64,000 nt of DNA from Candidatus Hadarchaeota archaeon (GTDB lineage: Archaea; CAYQAE01; CAYVLA01), in assembly GCA_964452145.1 (NCBI GenBank), contig CAYVLA010000007.1, forward strand, positions 19,906 to 83,905, in the 5' to 3' direction. The translations under genes were made by a program, and so were the position numbers. Below, piece after piece: positions 28,059-37,493 of the stretch. The notes under the pieces were generated by a model, which was not told where the DNA came from, did not search any database, and was given only the letters and a program-made list of their open reading frames with translations. How positions within the stretch are numbered: the first letter of the stretch is position 1; every line of letters begins with the position of its first letter.

Positions 28059-30746
28059 GTGGCATTGGGGCTCCCAGATTCCCCCTGGTCCCTTTCGTGG
28101 GATGGGGTGGCACGGAGACTCGAGGTGGATCCCGAATTCGGTCTCTCGAGAAGAGAAGTGATCACCCGCCGAAGGAGATTCGGTCCTAACCGTCTCACAG
28201 AGGCCAAGCGCAGGAGCATGTGGGGCATCGTCCTTAACCAGCTCAAGGGATTCATCATTCCTTTGCTGATAGTTGCCTCGGCGCTTGCCTTTGCCTTTGG
28301 GGAAGGGATTGAGGGAATGGCGATTCTTGTGGTCATCATGATCAATACCGCCATAGGTTTCGTGACGGAGCTTCGGGCAGTGCGATCAATGGAGGCATTG
28401 CAGAAGCTGGTCGCTGTAAACGCCAAGGTACTCCGGGACGGCAGGATGCAACAGGTGCCGGCCCAGGATCTCGTGCCAGGGGACATCGTGGTACTGGAAG
28501 CGGGTGACCTGATTACCGCGGACCTCAGGCTTGCTGAGTCGTCCAATCTTCAGGTTGATGAGTCAGCATTGACGGGCGAGTCCGTACCGGTCGGCAAGCA
28601 GGTCAAGGTCGTGGGCGAGCATACAATCCTTGCCGAGAGGGTCAACATGCTCTTCAAGGGCACTGGCGTGACCAATGGGTCCGGCAAGGGCGTGGTGGTG
28701 GCCACTGGGATGGCTACCGAGCTCGGTCAGATCTCCTCCCTCATGCAGGAGGCGGATGAGGAACAGTTCACTCCCCTTGAGCAGCGCCTGAATCACCTGG
28801 CAAACCGCCTGGTCTGGATAACCCTTGCGATCGCTGCCCTGCTGGCCTTGACCGGCATACTGGCAGGGAGGGAGGTCCTGCTCATGGTCAATACGTCGAT
28901 TGCTCTTGCCGTGGCGTCGATACCCGAGGGTCTACCCATCGTCGCAACGATCGCTCTGGCCAGAGGAATGTGGAGGATGGCCCGGCGGAATGCCTTGGTG
29001 AATAGGCTCTCCACCGTGGAGACTCTCGGCTCAACGAATATCATCTGTACCGATAAGACCGGAACCCTCACCCAGAATCGGATGGCGGTTGGGAAGTTGC
29101 TCTTCTGGTCAAGGCAGGTCTCTCTCGACCGGGAAGGGAGATTCATCGGAACAGCGGGGGAGCTGGATCCCGCGCAAGACCCGCTGCTGTCCGAGGCCCT
29201 GCTGGTGGCCATCCTTTGCAGCAACGCCTTCCTTGAGAAGAGCGAAGGGCCGGAGGCCCATGGCGTAGGGGATCCCCTGGAACTGGCGCTGCTTGCCACA
29301 GGGGATCTTGCCGGGCTCCATCGCGAGGAGCTTCTGGACGACATGCCCGAGGCGCGCGAAGAGGCATTCGATCCAGAGGTAAGCATGATGGCAACCTACC
29401 ATAGCAGGGGAGACGGCTACTATGTTGCCGTGAAGGGCGCTCCAGAAGCGGTCATCGCCAGCTGCCATCGATTCCTTGCCGATGACAAGGAACACGACAT
29501 GGATCAGGGGCAGAGGGCGAGATGGTTGGAGCTTGCCCGCCAGGTAAACAGCGATGGCCTGCGAACCCTTGCCTTGGCCAGAAAGGAAGTGGATTCTCCG
29601 GACGTACATGCATACAGTGAGCTTACTTTGATAGGTCTGGTCGGTCTGCTTGACCCGCCCCGGAAGGATGTGGCGGAAGCCCTGTCCATCTGCAGAAGGG
29701 CAGGGATTCGGGTTGTCATGGTGACGGGGGACCATCCAGAGATCGCCAGGAACATCGCGTTGTCGACGGGCTTGGCGGAAGCGGAGGGTCTTGAGGTTCT
29801 GCCCGGCGAAAGCATACCGGATGAACCGGATCTCGACGATGAGGAGTTGCGCCATCTCCTCAACGCCTCGGTCTTCGCCCGAGTCAGCCCCAAGGAGAAA
29901 CTCAGGCTGGTCGAGCTTTATCAGAGACATGGCTACATCGTTGCCATGACGGGGGACGGGGTGAATGACGCCCCGGCCCTGAGGAAGGCCAACACGGGCA
30001 TCGCCATGGGACAGCGCGGCACGCAGGTGGCCCGTGAGGCTGCTGACATGATTCTGAAGGATGATGCCTTCGCGACGATAGTCGAGGCCATCAAGCAGGG
30101 CAGGATCATATTCGACAACATACGGAAGTTCGCCATCTACCTCCTGTCCTGCAACATCAGCGAGATCCTTGCGGTCGCAATCGCCTCGTGGGCCGGGGCG
30201 CCCCTGCCACTCCTGCCTCTTCAGATACTCTTCCTCAACATGGTCACGGATGTCTTTCCCGCTCTTGCCCTCGGCGTGGGGGAGGGCGACCCCGTGATCA
30301 TGAAGTATCCGCCACGCAGTGCGCGGGAGCCGATCCTCACCAAAGCTCATTGGCTGAGCATTGGCAGCTATGGCATGCTAATCTCGATGGCTGTTCTGGG
30401 ATCCCTTGCGCTGGCCCTCAGATGGCTTGGTATGGATGGAAGCGGGGCGGTTACAATATCGTTTCTCACCCTGGCCTTTGCTCAACTCTGGCACGTCTTC
30501 AACATGAGGGATCCCGGGTCCGGGCTGCTTTGGAATGAGATCACCCGGAACCGCTATGTCTGGGCAGCTCTCGCCGGTTGCTCGGCCCTGCTGATCGCCA
30601 TCGTCTACACTCCGGGCCTGGCAAGGGTCCTGAGAGTCTCTGATCCTGGTATGGCAGGCTGGTTGCTCGTGCTGGTCATGAGTCTTCTCCCCTTGGTCGT
30701 CGGGCAAGCATGGCGGTTGGTCCGGGATCTCCGCACGAAGGCATAG
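28059..30746 (+). CDS. Cation-transporting P-type ATPase (type IIA, Ca2+-like)
   Basis: DESALTGES, IPEGLP, DKTGTLT, VKGAPE, DPPR, TGDH, TGDGVNDAPAL, NMVTD. Confidence 0.95.
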   Translation: MALGLPDSPWSLSWDGVARRLEVDPEFGLSRREVITRRRRFGPNRLTEAKRRSMWGIVLNQLKGFIIPLLIVASALAFAFGEGIEGMAILVVIMINTAIGFVTELRAVRSMEALQKLVAVNAKVLRDGRMQQVPAQDLVPGDIVVLEAGDLITADLRLAESSNLQVDESALTGESVPVGKQVKVVGEHTILAERVNMLFKGTGVTNGSGKGVVVATGMATELGQISSLMQEADEEQFTPLEQRLNHLANRLVWITLAIAALLALTGILAGREVLLMVNTSIALAVASIPEGLPIVATIALARGMWRMARRNALVNRLSTVETLGSTNIICTDKTGTLTQNRMAVGKLLFWSRQVSLDREGRFIGTAGELDPAQDPLLSEALLVAILCSNAFLEKSEGPEAHGVGDPLELALLATGDLAGLHREELLDDMPEAREEAFDPEVSMMATYHSRGDGYYVAVKGAPEAVIASCHRFLADDKEHDMDQGQRARWLELARQVNSDGLRTLALARKEVDSPDVHAYSELTLIGLVGLLDPPRKDVAEALSICRRAGIRVVMVTGDHPEIARNIALSTGLAEAEGLEVLPGESIPDEPDLDDEELRHLLNASVFARVSPKEKLRLVELYQRHGYIVAMTGDGVNDAPALRKANTGIAMGQRGTQVAREAADMILKDDAFATIVEAIKQGRIIFDNIRKFAIYLLSCNISEILAVAIASWAGAPLPLLPLQILFLNMVTDVFPALALGVGEGDPVIMKYPPRSAREPILTKAHWLSIGSYGMLISMAVLGSLALALRWLGMDGSGAVTISFLTLAFAQLWHVFNMRDPGSGLLWNEITRNRYVWAALAGCSALLIAIVYTPGLARVLRVSDPGMAGWLLVLVMSLLPLVVGQAWRLVRDLRTKA

Positions 30747-30784
30747 TGCGTCACGGAATCAGAGTTGCCCGCGATTGACGACGA

Positions 30785-31400
30785 TGACACAACTAGGCTT
30801 ATCCCCACACGGATTCCCGGCAGAGGTTGAAGGGTACTGCGATGGGATGGCATGAAGCCCTTCTGCGCCCGCTCGGCACAATCGGAGTAGCCTTGCACGT
30901 TTGGGGGTTACCAGGAGGCATGCCTCGCCCGGTCCACGTGCGCAGCGAGGGCTTCCGACCCGGACAAACCCTTACTCCCTTGAGCTGGCCACCAACCTTC
31001 TCCTCTACGCGCTGGGAAGGCCCCTGATCACAGACATTCACGCACGGAGGAATGCCCGGGGGATGCTGGCATCCTTTCAGGCCCAGAAGCTCCTGATCCT
31101 CTCCCCCCTTGAGTGGGCGGAGAAGTTCGAGGCCAACACGATGCCCTTGCGCGCTGGCGGGGATGGGAGCGGAAATGCCGAGAGCATCCGAGCACTTGTG
31201 GAGGGCAAGGGGGGAGTGGTGACCAAGACCCTCGTCTACCTGACCAGGGAGAAGGCCGCCGCCGACAAGGCCAGGCTCGAAGGGGAGGGCGCGGGTTACA
31301 GGAGGCGGAGCACCCTTGATTGTGTCGGTCATCCTGCAGATTCAGGCATCCTTCTCCCCATGCTACCCGGCATGTGACCGGCTTGCGACAGGCAATGCGA
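30785..31400 (+). pseudogene. Decayed fourth copy of the membrane-anchored paralog family
   Basis: 30967-31150 encodes NPYSLELATNLLLYALGRPLITDIHARRNAR...LEWAEKFEANT, matching copy 3 NPYAIDMATNLVLYSVGQPLVSDIHARREAR...MEWADSFGANT; no N-terminus or intact anchor; boundaries approximate. Confidence 0.8.
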
Positions 31401-31437
31401 ACCATTATCAGCAAGGCGGAGAGGGGCCCTGCAGGGG

Positions 31438-33870
31438 ATGCCGGTGCTAACCCAGAGGAGATACGGGTTGAAGAAGCATGTCACAGGGTGGATCTTCGTG
31501 GTCCCCGAGGGATCCCCGGGCGACGAGGCGATCAGGGTAGCGATTGAGGACCTCAAGGAGGCTGCTGCTGGCCTCGGCCTTCCGCTGGAGATCGCTTCGG
31601 ATGCGACATGCCCGTCCGGGAACGCCATCATCCTGGGGGATTCGACGAGAAACAGACAGAGGGCCGTCCTGGGAGGCAGGGGACTCGTCAGGCTCTCGAA
31701 CGTCGGGAGGGCCGATGGATACCAGATCGAAACGATGGAGGAGGGTGGAAGGAGGCAGGTCTGCGTCGCCGGCGGATCGCTGCTTGGAGAGGCCTACGGC
31801 ATCTACCGGATCCGGGAACGGCTACGCGTTGAGGGTGATGTCCCGGTTCTGAACGTAGTCGAGCAACCGGACCTTGAGTTCCGCTACACTAGGATACGCG
31901 TGAGTTCCGAGGAGGACATCCGCAGGGCCCTCCGCTATCGCCTGAACATGGTCTTCGGCGAGAACCCGCTCAACCTCGTCCCCTGGGTTTGCGGATCAGG
32001 CGATGATGAGAATCGCAAGCACCGGGATGAGACCGGGAAGTTGGCTGGATATGCCCACTCCCTGCACATGAAGTTCCTAGCCTTCGGAACGGAGTTCACC
32101 TACCACCCGGCCCTTCTGGAGGAGTTCGGTGCCAAGCCGACTCCGAGCGATCCCCAACTCTGGGAGGCGATCAGGGCGAAGTTCAGGCGGCTTCTGGATT
32201 CCGTGCCTGAGCTCGACGGCGTCTGCACGTTTGTGGGCGAGGAGCAGAGCTACTGGGATCCCTATCGGATGCTCGACGTGATGCACGACGGCGAGGGCTG
32301 TGATTGGTCGCTGGAGAAAAGGTATCGCACGTTCGTGAAAGCGGTATGGGACGTTGTCGTGGGCGAGTTCGGCAGGTTGTTCCTGCACAGAACCTGGAAC
32401 ACCAACGCATATGAACAGCAATCCCAGCCCGACATCTACGCTCGCACCTTCACCGATGATGTCCCGACCGAGAACCTCTACCTCATACCGAGCTTCACCC
32501 AGAACGACAGGTGGTGGTTCCAGGCCTACAACCCCACCTTCAACCTGACGCCTCATAGCATGATGGCTGTGTTCGAGACCATGGATTACCACGATGGCGG
32601 GGACTTTTTCCCGACGTTCCCGGGCTTCTACTTCCAGGCCGGCCTCGATTCCATCCTCGGCGCGCCCAAGAGCAACCTCAAGGGGGCGAGCCTTGACCTG
32701 CCCGCAAGGGAGGGATGGGACACCCGCACCCTCACGGCATACACCGTTTCCCGCCTGATGTGGAACCACAGGGAGGATCCCCGCGAGATAGCCAGGGACT
32801 TCTGCGCCATCTATTTCGGGCCCGAGCTTGCGGCCCGGATGGCGGAGATTCTCATGCTCTCTCCTGTGGCCTACAAGTACGGCCTTTACATCGAGCCGAT
32901 GGTCTACGGCGCCTTTACATCCCTTCACCACATCCGGACGGGTCACTTCGTGGTTGAGGGATACCCCAGCATCGACGCAGGCAAGGAACATATCGAGTTC
33001 CTCAGGAGGATCTACCTGCGCTGCAAGCCCTGGGCACGGGAGACGCTCTCCTACCTCGATCACGGGCTGGAGACGGCCAGGGAAATGGAGGAGAAATACG
33101 CCGCCCTGACACCCCACATCCGGGATGAAGCTCTTAGGGTGAAGGTGGGCAATTCGCTGGAAATGACCCGTCTCCTGATAGAGACCAACAACCTCTATGT
33201 CAAGACCGCCTTTGCCTACTTCCGGTACCGCGAGGAAAGAGGAGAGAAGGAGAGGGGGGACCTGGAGAGCATCCTCGGCAGGCTAAGGGCCATTCGAAAA
33301 GCCTTCTTGAATGTGCCAGGGTGCCGATTCAAACCGTACGGGGTGGATCAACTGATCGTCAACGCAGCGCATGTTCTTGAGGATCTCGACGCCGCGGAGA
33401 AGGTCCTTCAGGAGGCGCCCACGACATCGGAGATAGAGAGGATCGTGACAGAGCAGCAGACGCGGTACCGAAGGACTCTGGCGGAACACGGCGATGAAGT
33501 CCTTAAGGTCCTCTACTGGGAGGGCAGGGTTGACGGAAGAGACATGCTCATCGTCAGGGGAGAGGACATCAGGATCGAGCATCTGCGATGGGACCCAATC
33601 TACCTTCAGAATCACCGCTTCTTCGCCCCCCTGCCGGAACGGCCCGGAACGGTCCTGATCGAGGACATCGAGTCCGAGCCGATGCATCCTTTCGTCCTAC
33701 AGCAGCCGAAGGAAGAGAACGACTTCACCGCGAAGATCTACCTCAACGACATACCCGGCGGGGCCCACTGGTTCAGGTTCAACATCTACTTCCTCGACAG
33801 GGCGCCGAGCGAACTGGGACTGGATGTCCCCTGGGATAGAGGCAACGGCCGGCCGTCTTCAGAGGTTTGA
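31438..33870 (+). CDS. Putative glycoside hydrolase (GH67/GH20-like N-terminal domain, unclassified catalytic domain)
   Basis: AIEDL..A, DGYQI, VAGGSLLGEAYGIY, PELDGV, LHRTW. Confidence 0.6.
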   Translation: MPVLTQRRYGLKKHVTGWIFVVPEGSPGDEAIRVAIEDLKEAAAGLGLPLEIASDATCPSGNAIILGDSTRNRQRAVLGGRGLVRLSNVGRADGYQIETMEEGGRRQVCVAGGSLLGEAYGIYRIRERLRVEGDVPVLNVVEQPDLEFRYTRIRVSSEEDIRRALRYRLNMVFGENPLNLVPWVCGSGDDENRKHRDETGKLAGYAHSLHMKFLAFGTEFTYHPALLEEFGAKPTPSDPQLWEAIRAKFRRLLDSVPELDGVCTFVGEEQSYWDPYRMLDVMHDGEGCDWSLEKRYRTFVKAVWDVVVGEFGRLFLHRTWNTNAYEQQSQPDIYARTFTDDVPTENLYLIPSFTQNDRWWFQAYNPTFNLTPHSMMAVFETMDYHDGGDFFPTFPGFYFQAGLDSILGAPKSNLKGASLDLPAREGWDTRTLTAYTVSRLMWNHREDPREIARDFCAIYFGPELAARMAEILMLSPVAYKYGLYIEPMVYGAFTSLHHIRTGHFVVEGYPSIDAGKEHIEFLRRIYLRCKPWARETLSYLDHGLETAREMEEKYAALTPHIRDEALRVKVGNSLEMTRLLIETNNLYVKTAFAYFRYREERGEKERGDLESILGRLRAIRKAFLNVPGCRFKPYGVDQLIVNAAHVLEDLDAAEKVLQEAPTTSEIERIVTEQQTRYRRTLAEHGDEVLKVLYWEGRVDGRDMLIVRGEDIRIEHLRWDPIYLQNHRFFAPLPERPGTVLIEDIESEPMHPFVLQQPKEENDFTAKIYLNDIPGGAHWFRFNIYFLDRAPSELGLDVPWDRGNGRPSSEV

Positions 33871-33914
33871 AGCTTCACGCCTGCAAGCGAGGCAGGACAT
33901 GTGCCTCTTTGGCC

Positions 33915-34132
33915 CGGGCGCTCAGAATCGAACTCCTCCTCGATCTGGTCTATGACTGGCTTCTGTTGGGCGCAGAATTGGCATCAGTCTGTGTAGACGT
34001 AGACGAGGAGGGTTTATCTCCCTCAAGGAGCGAGTCGATCTCCGGTACTCCCGTGCTGAGAACGATGGGTAGCATTGGCATCAGGCTCACAACTGTGGCA
34101 ACTTGGATCAGCGGGTAGAGTGGTTGCCCCAT
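33915..34132 (-). pseudogene. Thioredoxin-like pseudogene
   Basis: Hydrophobic N-terminus ...STGVPEIDSLLEGDKP, then a frameshift into TLLVYVYTD*CQFCAQQKPVIDQIEEEF; TGA (33984-33986) replaces Trp of WCxxC. Confidence 0.7.
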
Positions 34133-34302
34133 TGCGGCCCTCCTGGAACGTCCCTCCGGAGAGGAATCTGCGGAGGCGCCATGAAATGATAAACTGTTGC
34201 GACTGGGGGACTGGGGGAAGAGCAAGCAGCATACGGAAACCTCTTAATGTCCTCCCGCGAGTTCGACCTCGATGGCTTTTCGCTGCTGGAGATGATCATT
34301 TC

Positions 34303-37260
34303 ATGGTAGACCAGGGTGAAGCTCGTCCGCTGAAGGAGATCGTCAGCACCTTCCGTAATCCTCCCGCCTCCTGCCGACCCCACACACGGTGGTGGTGGAT
34401 GGGGAACGCTGCCAGCAAGGAGGACATCACTTGGCAGCTGGAGCAGATGCACGAGCAGGGGATCGGCGGTGTCGAGCAGATAACAATGCAGGAGGTCTAC
34501 GAGAAGGGCAACGTGCCCTACCTCTCGCGGGAGTACTTCGAGCTCGTCACCCATGCGATCAAGGAGGCCAAGAGGCTGGGCATGGAGTTCTCACTGAACT
34601 TCGGAGGACCGGGATGGGTGATCGGCGGAAGCTGGGTCCCCCCGGAGGATCGCAGCAAGAACATGGTGCCCACTGCGATGGTGGTCGAGGGCCCGGTTCA
34701 GTATGAAGGAGATCTTCCCACGCGCGTTGGGGAGGTCCCGAGAACGGGTGAGATCCCCGCAAGGGACATCGGCGATGGGGATCGGCTCCTAGCGGTCGTC
34801 GCTGCGAGGGTCATCGACGGGGTGCTCCAGGAGGGTTCCCTTACAGATCTCGCGACCTTCGTGAAGGGGAAGCGCCTCAGATGGAGGGTCCCGGAGGGAA
34901 GATGGCAGCTTATGGCCTTCTGGTTGGTATTCACCCAGCAGGGCCATGCCATCGACCACTTAGACAAGGAGGCCATGCAGCGCTACTGCGAGCACCTGGG
35001 CGGCAGGTTCCGAGAAGCCTTTGGAGAGGAGTTCGGCAAGACGGTCGAGTCGTTCTTCATCGACAGCTTCGAGGTCGCCTTAATCAATAACGGCATTTAC
35101 TGGAGCGATGGCCTTCTGGAACAGTTCAGGGCGTTCAAGGGCTACGACCTGGTTCGCTATCTGCCCGCCATCTGGTGGGAGGTCGGCGAGATCTCGCCCA
35201 AGATCCGTTATGACGTGAATCATTTCCTGCACCATGCGGGACTGGACGCGTTCTTCAAACCCTTCCTCACATGGTGCGGGAGGAACGGCGTCAAGGGACG
35301 CATTCAGCCCTACGGATTCACAACCGACATCCTCGAAGGCGCGGGGCTGACCCACATCCCCGAGATGGAGATCACGGCGGGGGAGAAGGATGCCGTTCCA
35401 TGGTTCGATACCAGGATAGGTCCGAGGAAGTATGTCGCCTCGGGCGCCCATCTCTACGGCCGGAATGTCGTCTCTGTCGAAGCCTACACCTACATCCACT
35501 GGGAGACCTACCGAGCAACGCTGGAGGAGCTGAAGATCGCCAGCGACGTCTTCCTTCGCGATGGGGCCAACAAGTTCTACAACCACGGGTACACCTGTTC
35601 GCCCGAGCGAGATATCGCACCGTCCCGCCGCTTCGAATCCGAGGTGCTCATCAACCACCAGAACATCTGGTGGAGATACTACAGGTTTCTAAGCGACTAC
35701 GTCGCGAGATGCTGCTACCTTCTGCGCCAAGGAAGCTTCGTCGCCGATGTCGCCGTGTACCTGCCTCTGGCCAACCAGTGGACCCTCGATGTGAGGAATT
35801 CCAGGAGCTGGACGAGGGGCTTCGACTGGGGCAGCCTCGGGAGGCTCCTTATCGCGAACGGCTACCAGTTCGACCTGATCAATGACGATGTTCTGCTCAA
35901 CCATGCAGACATGGAGGACGGCGTGATAAGGGTTGGGGATCTGGAGTACAGGGTCCTGCTTCTGCCGAACGTCCAAGCGATGCCCCTGGAGACCCTGGAA
36001 CTCATTCAGAACTGGGTGCGCAAAGGTGGCATGGTGATTGCACTGGAAAGGGTGCCGGAGCGTTCCGTGGGGCTGGATGGTTGGAAGAGGAAGGATCGGG
36101 AAGTCAAGAGGATCTCGAACGAGATGTTCGACACCCCGGTTTGGCGGGCGAATCCAACCGCGCCGCGCGACTACGGCGCGGGCAGAACCCACCACATCCG
36201 CTACGTCATCGATCGTTCGGACGTGCTTGAGCAGCATGCCAGCGCCCTCGATCCCTTTCTGAATATCCTCCGTCAACGCGTCAAACCCGATTTAGGCATT
36301 GATTTCGTCCGCGAAGCGATGCGAGAAAACCAAGGCATTTCCCACATTCATAGGAAGACGGGAGACAAGGACATCTATTTCGTGACGAACGCCCAGGACC
36401 AAGCCATCGAGATGCGATTTGCCTTCCGCATCACTGGCGGGAAGCCGATGCAATGGGACCCCTATACCGGGGAGGTGCGACCCGTATTGGAGTACGAAGA
36501 ACGGGATGGCGTCACACTGATTCGCATGCGCGTGGCTCCGTATGGTTCGGCGCTGATCGTGTTCGACAGAAGGATGGAACTCTACAGGCACTTGACTCAG
36601 ACAAGTTTCGATCGCGTACAGGCCGTCAGCAAAAGCTCCGTGCACGTCTCGGCCCTGACAAACGGCGTCCACCGATTGAGCCTAGACGACGGAACACATC
36701 GCACCATGTATGTGGATGGAATCCCAGCACCCCTTCTGATAGACGGGAACTGGCGTCTGACTCTGAGGGGATGTTGTGACGCTGGGCCGCCGCTAAGCAT
36801 GCGCCGACTGGTTTCCTGGACCGACGATCCGAAGACCATGCACTTCAGTGGCACCGGCAGATACGAGACCGATTTCGAACTGCCACCCAGCTACGTCCAG
36901 AAGGATCTCCAGTTGGAGCTGGATCTGGGCATGGTGGGTGACATCGCAGACGTGGAGCTTAACGGCATCAAGGCGGGCGTGCGCTGGATGCGGGGACAGA
37001 GCCTGGATATCACCGGTGCCGCAAGGCCGGGGCGTAATTCGCTTGCCGTGGAGGTCACAAACACCCTCATCAACCGCGTCTCAGGCCTGAAGGAGCTGCC
37101 CCCCGTACCCGAGCAGCTGCGGTCCCGTTACGGGGATGACCTCAGGCTCAAAACATCCTCATCGAGGAGGCTGATCGGCTACACACCGTTGCCCAATTCG
37201 GGTCTGCTGGGGCCAGTCACGATCCGGCCCTCCAAGCTCATCGAGGTCTCTTGGCAGTAG
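34303..37260 (+). CDS. GH106-like glycosyl hydrolase (alpha-L-rhamnosidase family)
   Basis: FRNPP...RPHTRWWWMGN, GIGG, FFIDSFE, ASGAHLYG, G.N...HG, FSGTGRY, LDLG.V, VTNTLINR, SGLLGPV. Confidence 0.88.
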   Translation: MVDQGEARPLKEIVSTFRNPPASCRPHTRWWWMGNAASKEDITWQLEQMHEQGIGGVEQITMQEVYEKGNVPYLSREYFELVTHAIKEAKRLGMEFSLNFGGPGWVIGGSWVPPEDRSKNMVPTAMVVEGPVQYEGDLPTRVGEVPRTGEIPARDIGDGDRLLAVVAARVIDGVLQEGSLTDLATFVKGKRLRWRVPEGRWQLMAFWLVFTQQGHAIDHLDKEAMQRYCEHLGGRFREAFGEEFGKTVESFFIDSFEVALINNGIYWSDGLLEQFRAFKGYDLVRYLPAIWWEVGEISPKIRYDVNHFLHHAGLDAFFKPFLTWCGRNGVKGRIQPYGFTTDILEGAGLTHIPEMEITAGEKDAVPWFDTRIGPRKYVASGAHLYGRNVVSVEAYTYIHWETYRATLEELKIASDVFLRDGANKFYNHGYTCSPERDIAPSRRFESEVLINHQNIWWRYYRFLSDYVARCCYLLRQGSFVADVAVYLPLANQWTLDVRNSRSWTRGFDWGSLGRLLIANGYQFDLINDDVLLNHADMEDGVIRVGDLEYRVLLLPNVQAMPLETLELIQNWVRKGGMVIALERVPERSVGLDGWKRKDREVKRISNEMFDTPVWRANPTAPRDYGAGRTHHIRYVIDRSDVLEQHASALDPFLNILRQRVKPDLGIDFVREAMRENQGISHIHRKTGDKDIYFVTNAQDQAIEMRFAFRITGGKPMQWDPYTGEVRPVLEYEERDGVTLIRMRVAPYGSALIVFDRRMELYRHLTQTSFDRVQAVSKSSVHVSALTNGVHRLSLDDGTHRTMYVDGIPAPLLIDGNWRLTLRGCCDAGPPLSMRRLVSWTDDPKTMHFSGTGRYETDFELPPSYVQKDLQLELDLGMVGDIADVELNGIKAGVRWMRGQSLDITGAARPGRNSLAVEVTNTLINRVSGLKELPPVPEQLRSRYGDDLRLKTSSSRRLIGYTPLPNSGLLGPVTIRPSKLIEVSWQ

Positions 37261-37493
37261 GGCTCCTGCCCAACGTGCGGTGACACGGAAGCGGACGATG
37301 CGCATTCAACTCATTCCAGGCATGAGAGCCCGATAGGACTTGGGCCGTGCCCAATCATCTCGGGGAGAGCCGATTGTGGTCACCCATGTTTCCTGAGATG
37401 CCAGCACGGGGATGGCATACAACCTGTCAACCGTTGCGGACCGGGCGAATCATCTAATAGAAAGAACCGACGGATCGATGCGAGGAGACATCA

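Noticed and set aside
34030..34075. LSTGVPEIDSLLEG resembling a KaiC/RadA N-terminus
   Set aside because: No Walker A follows; better explained as the N-terminal part of the thioredoxin relic
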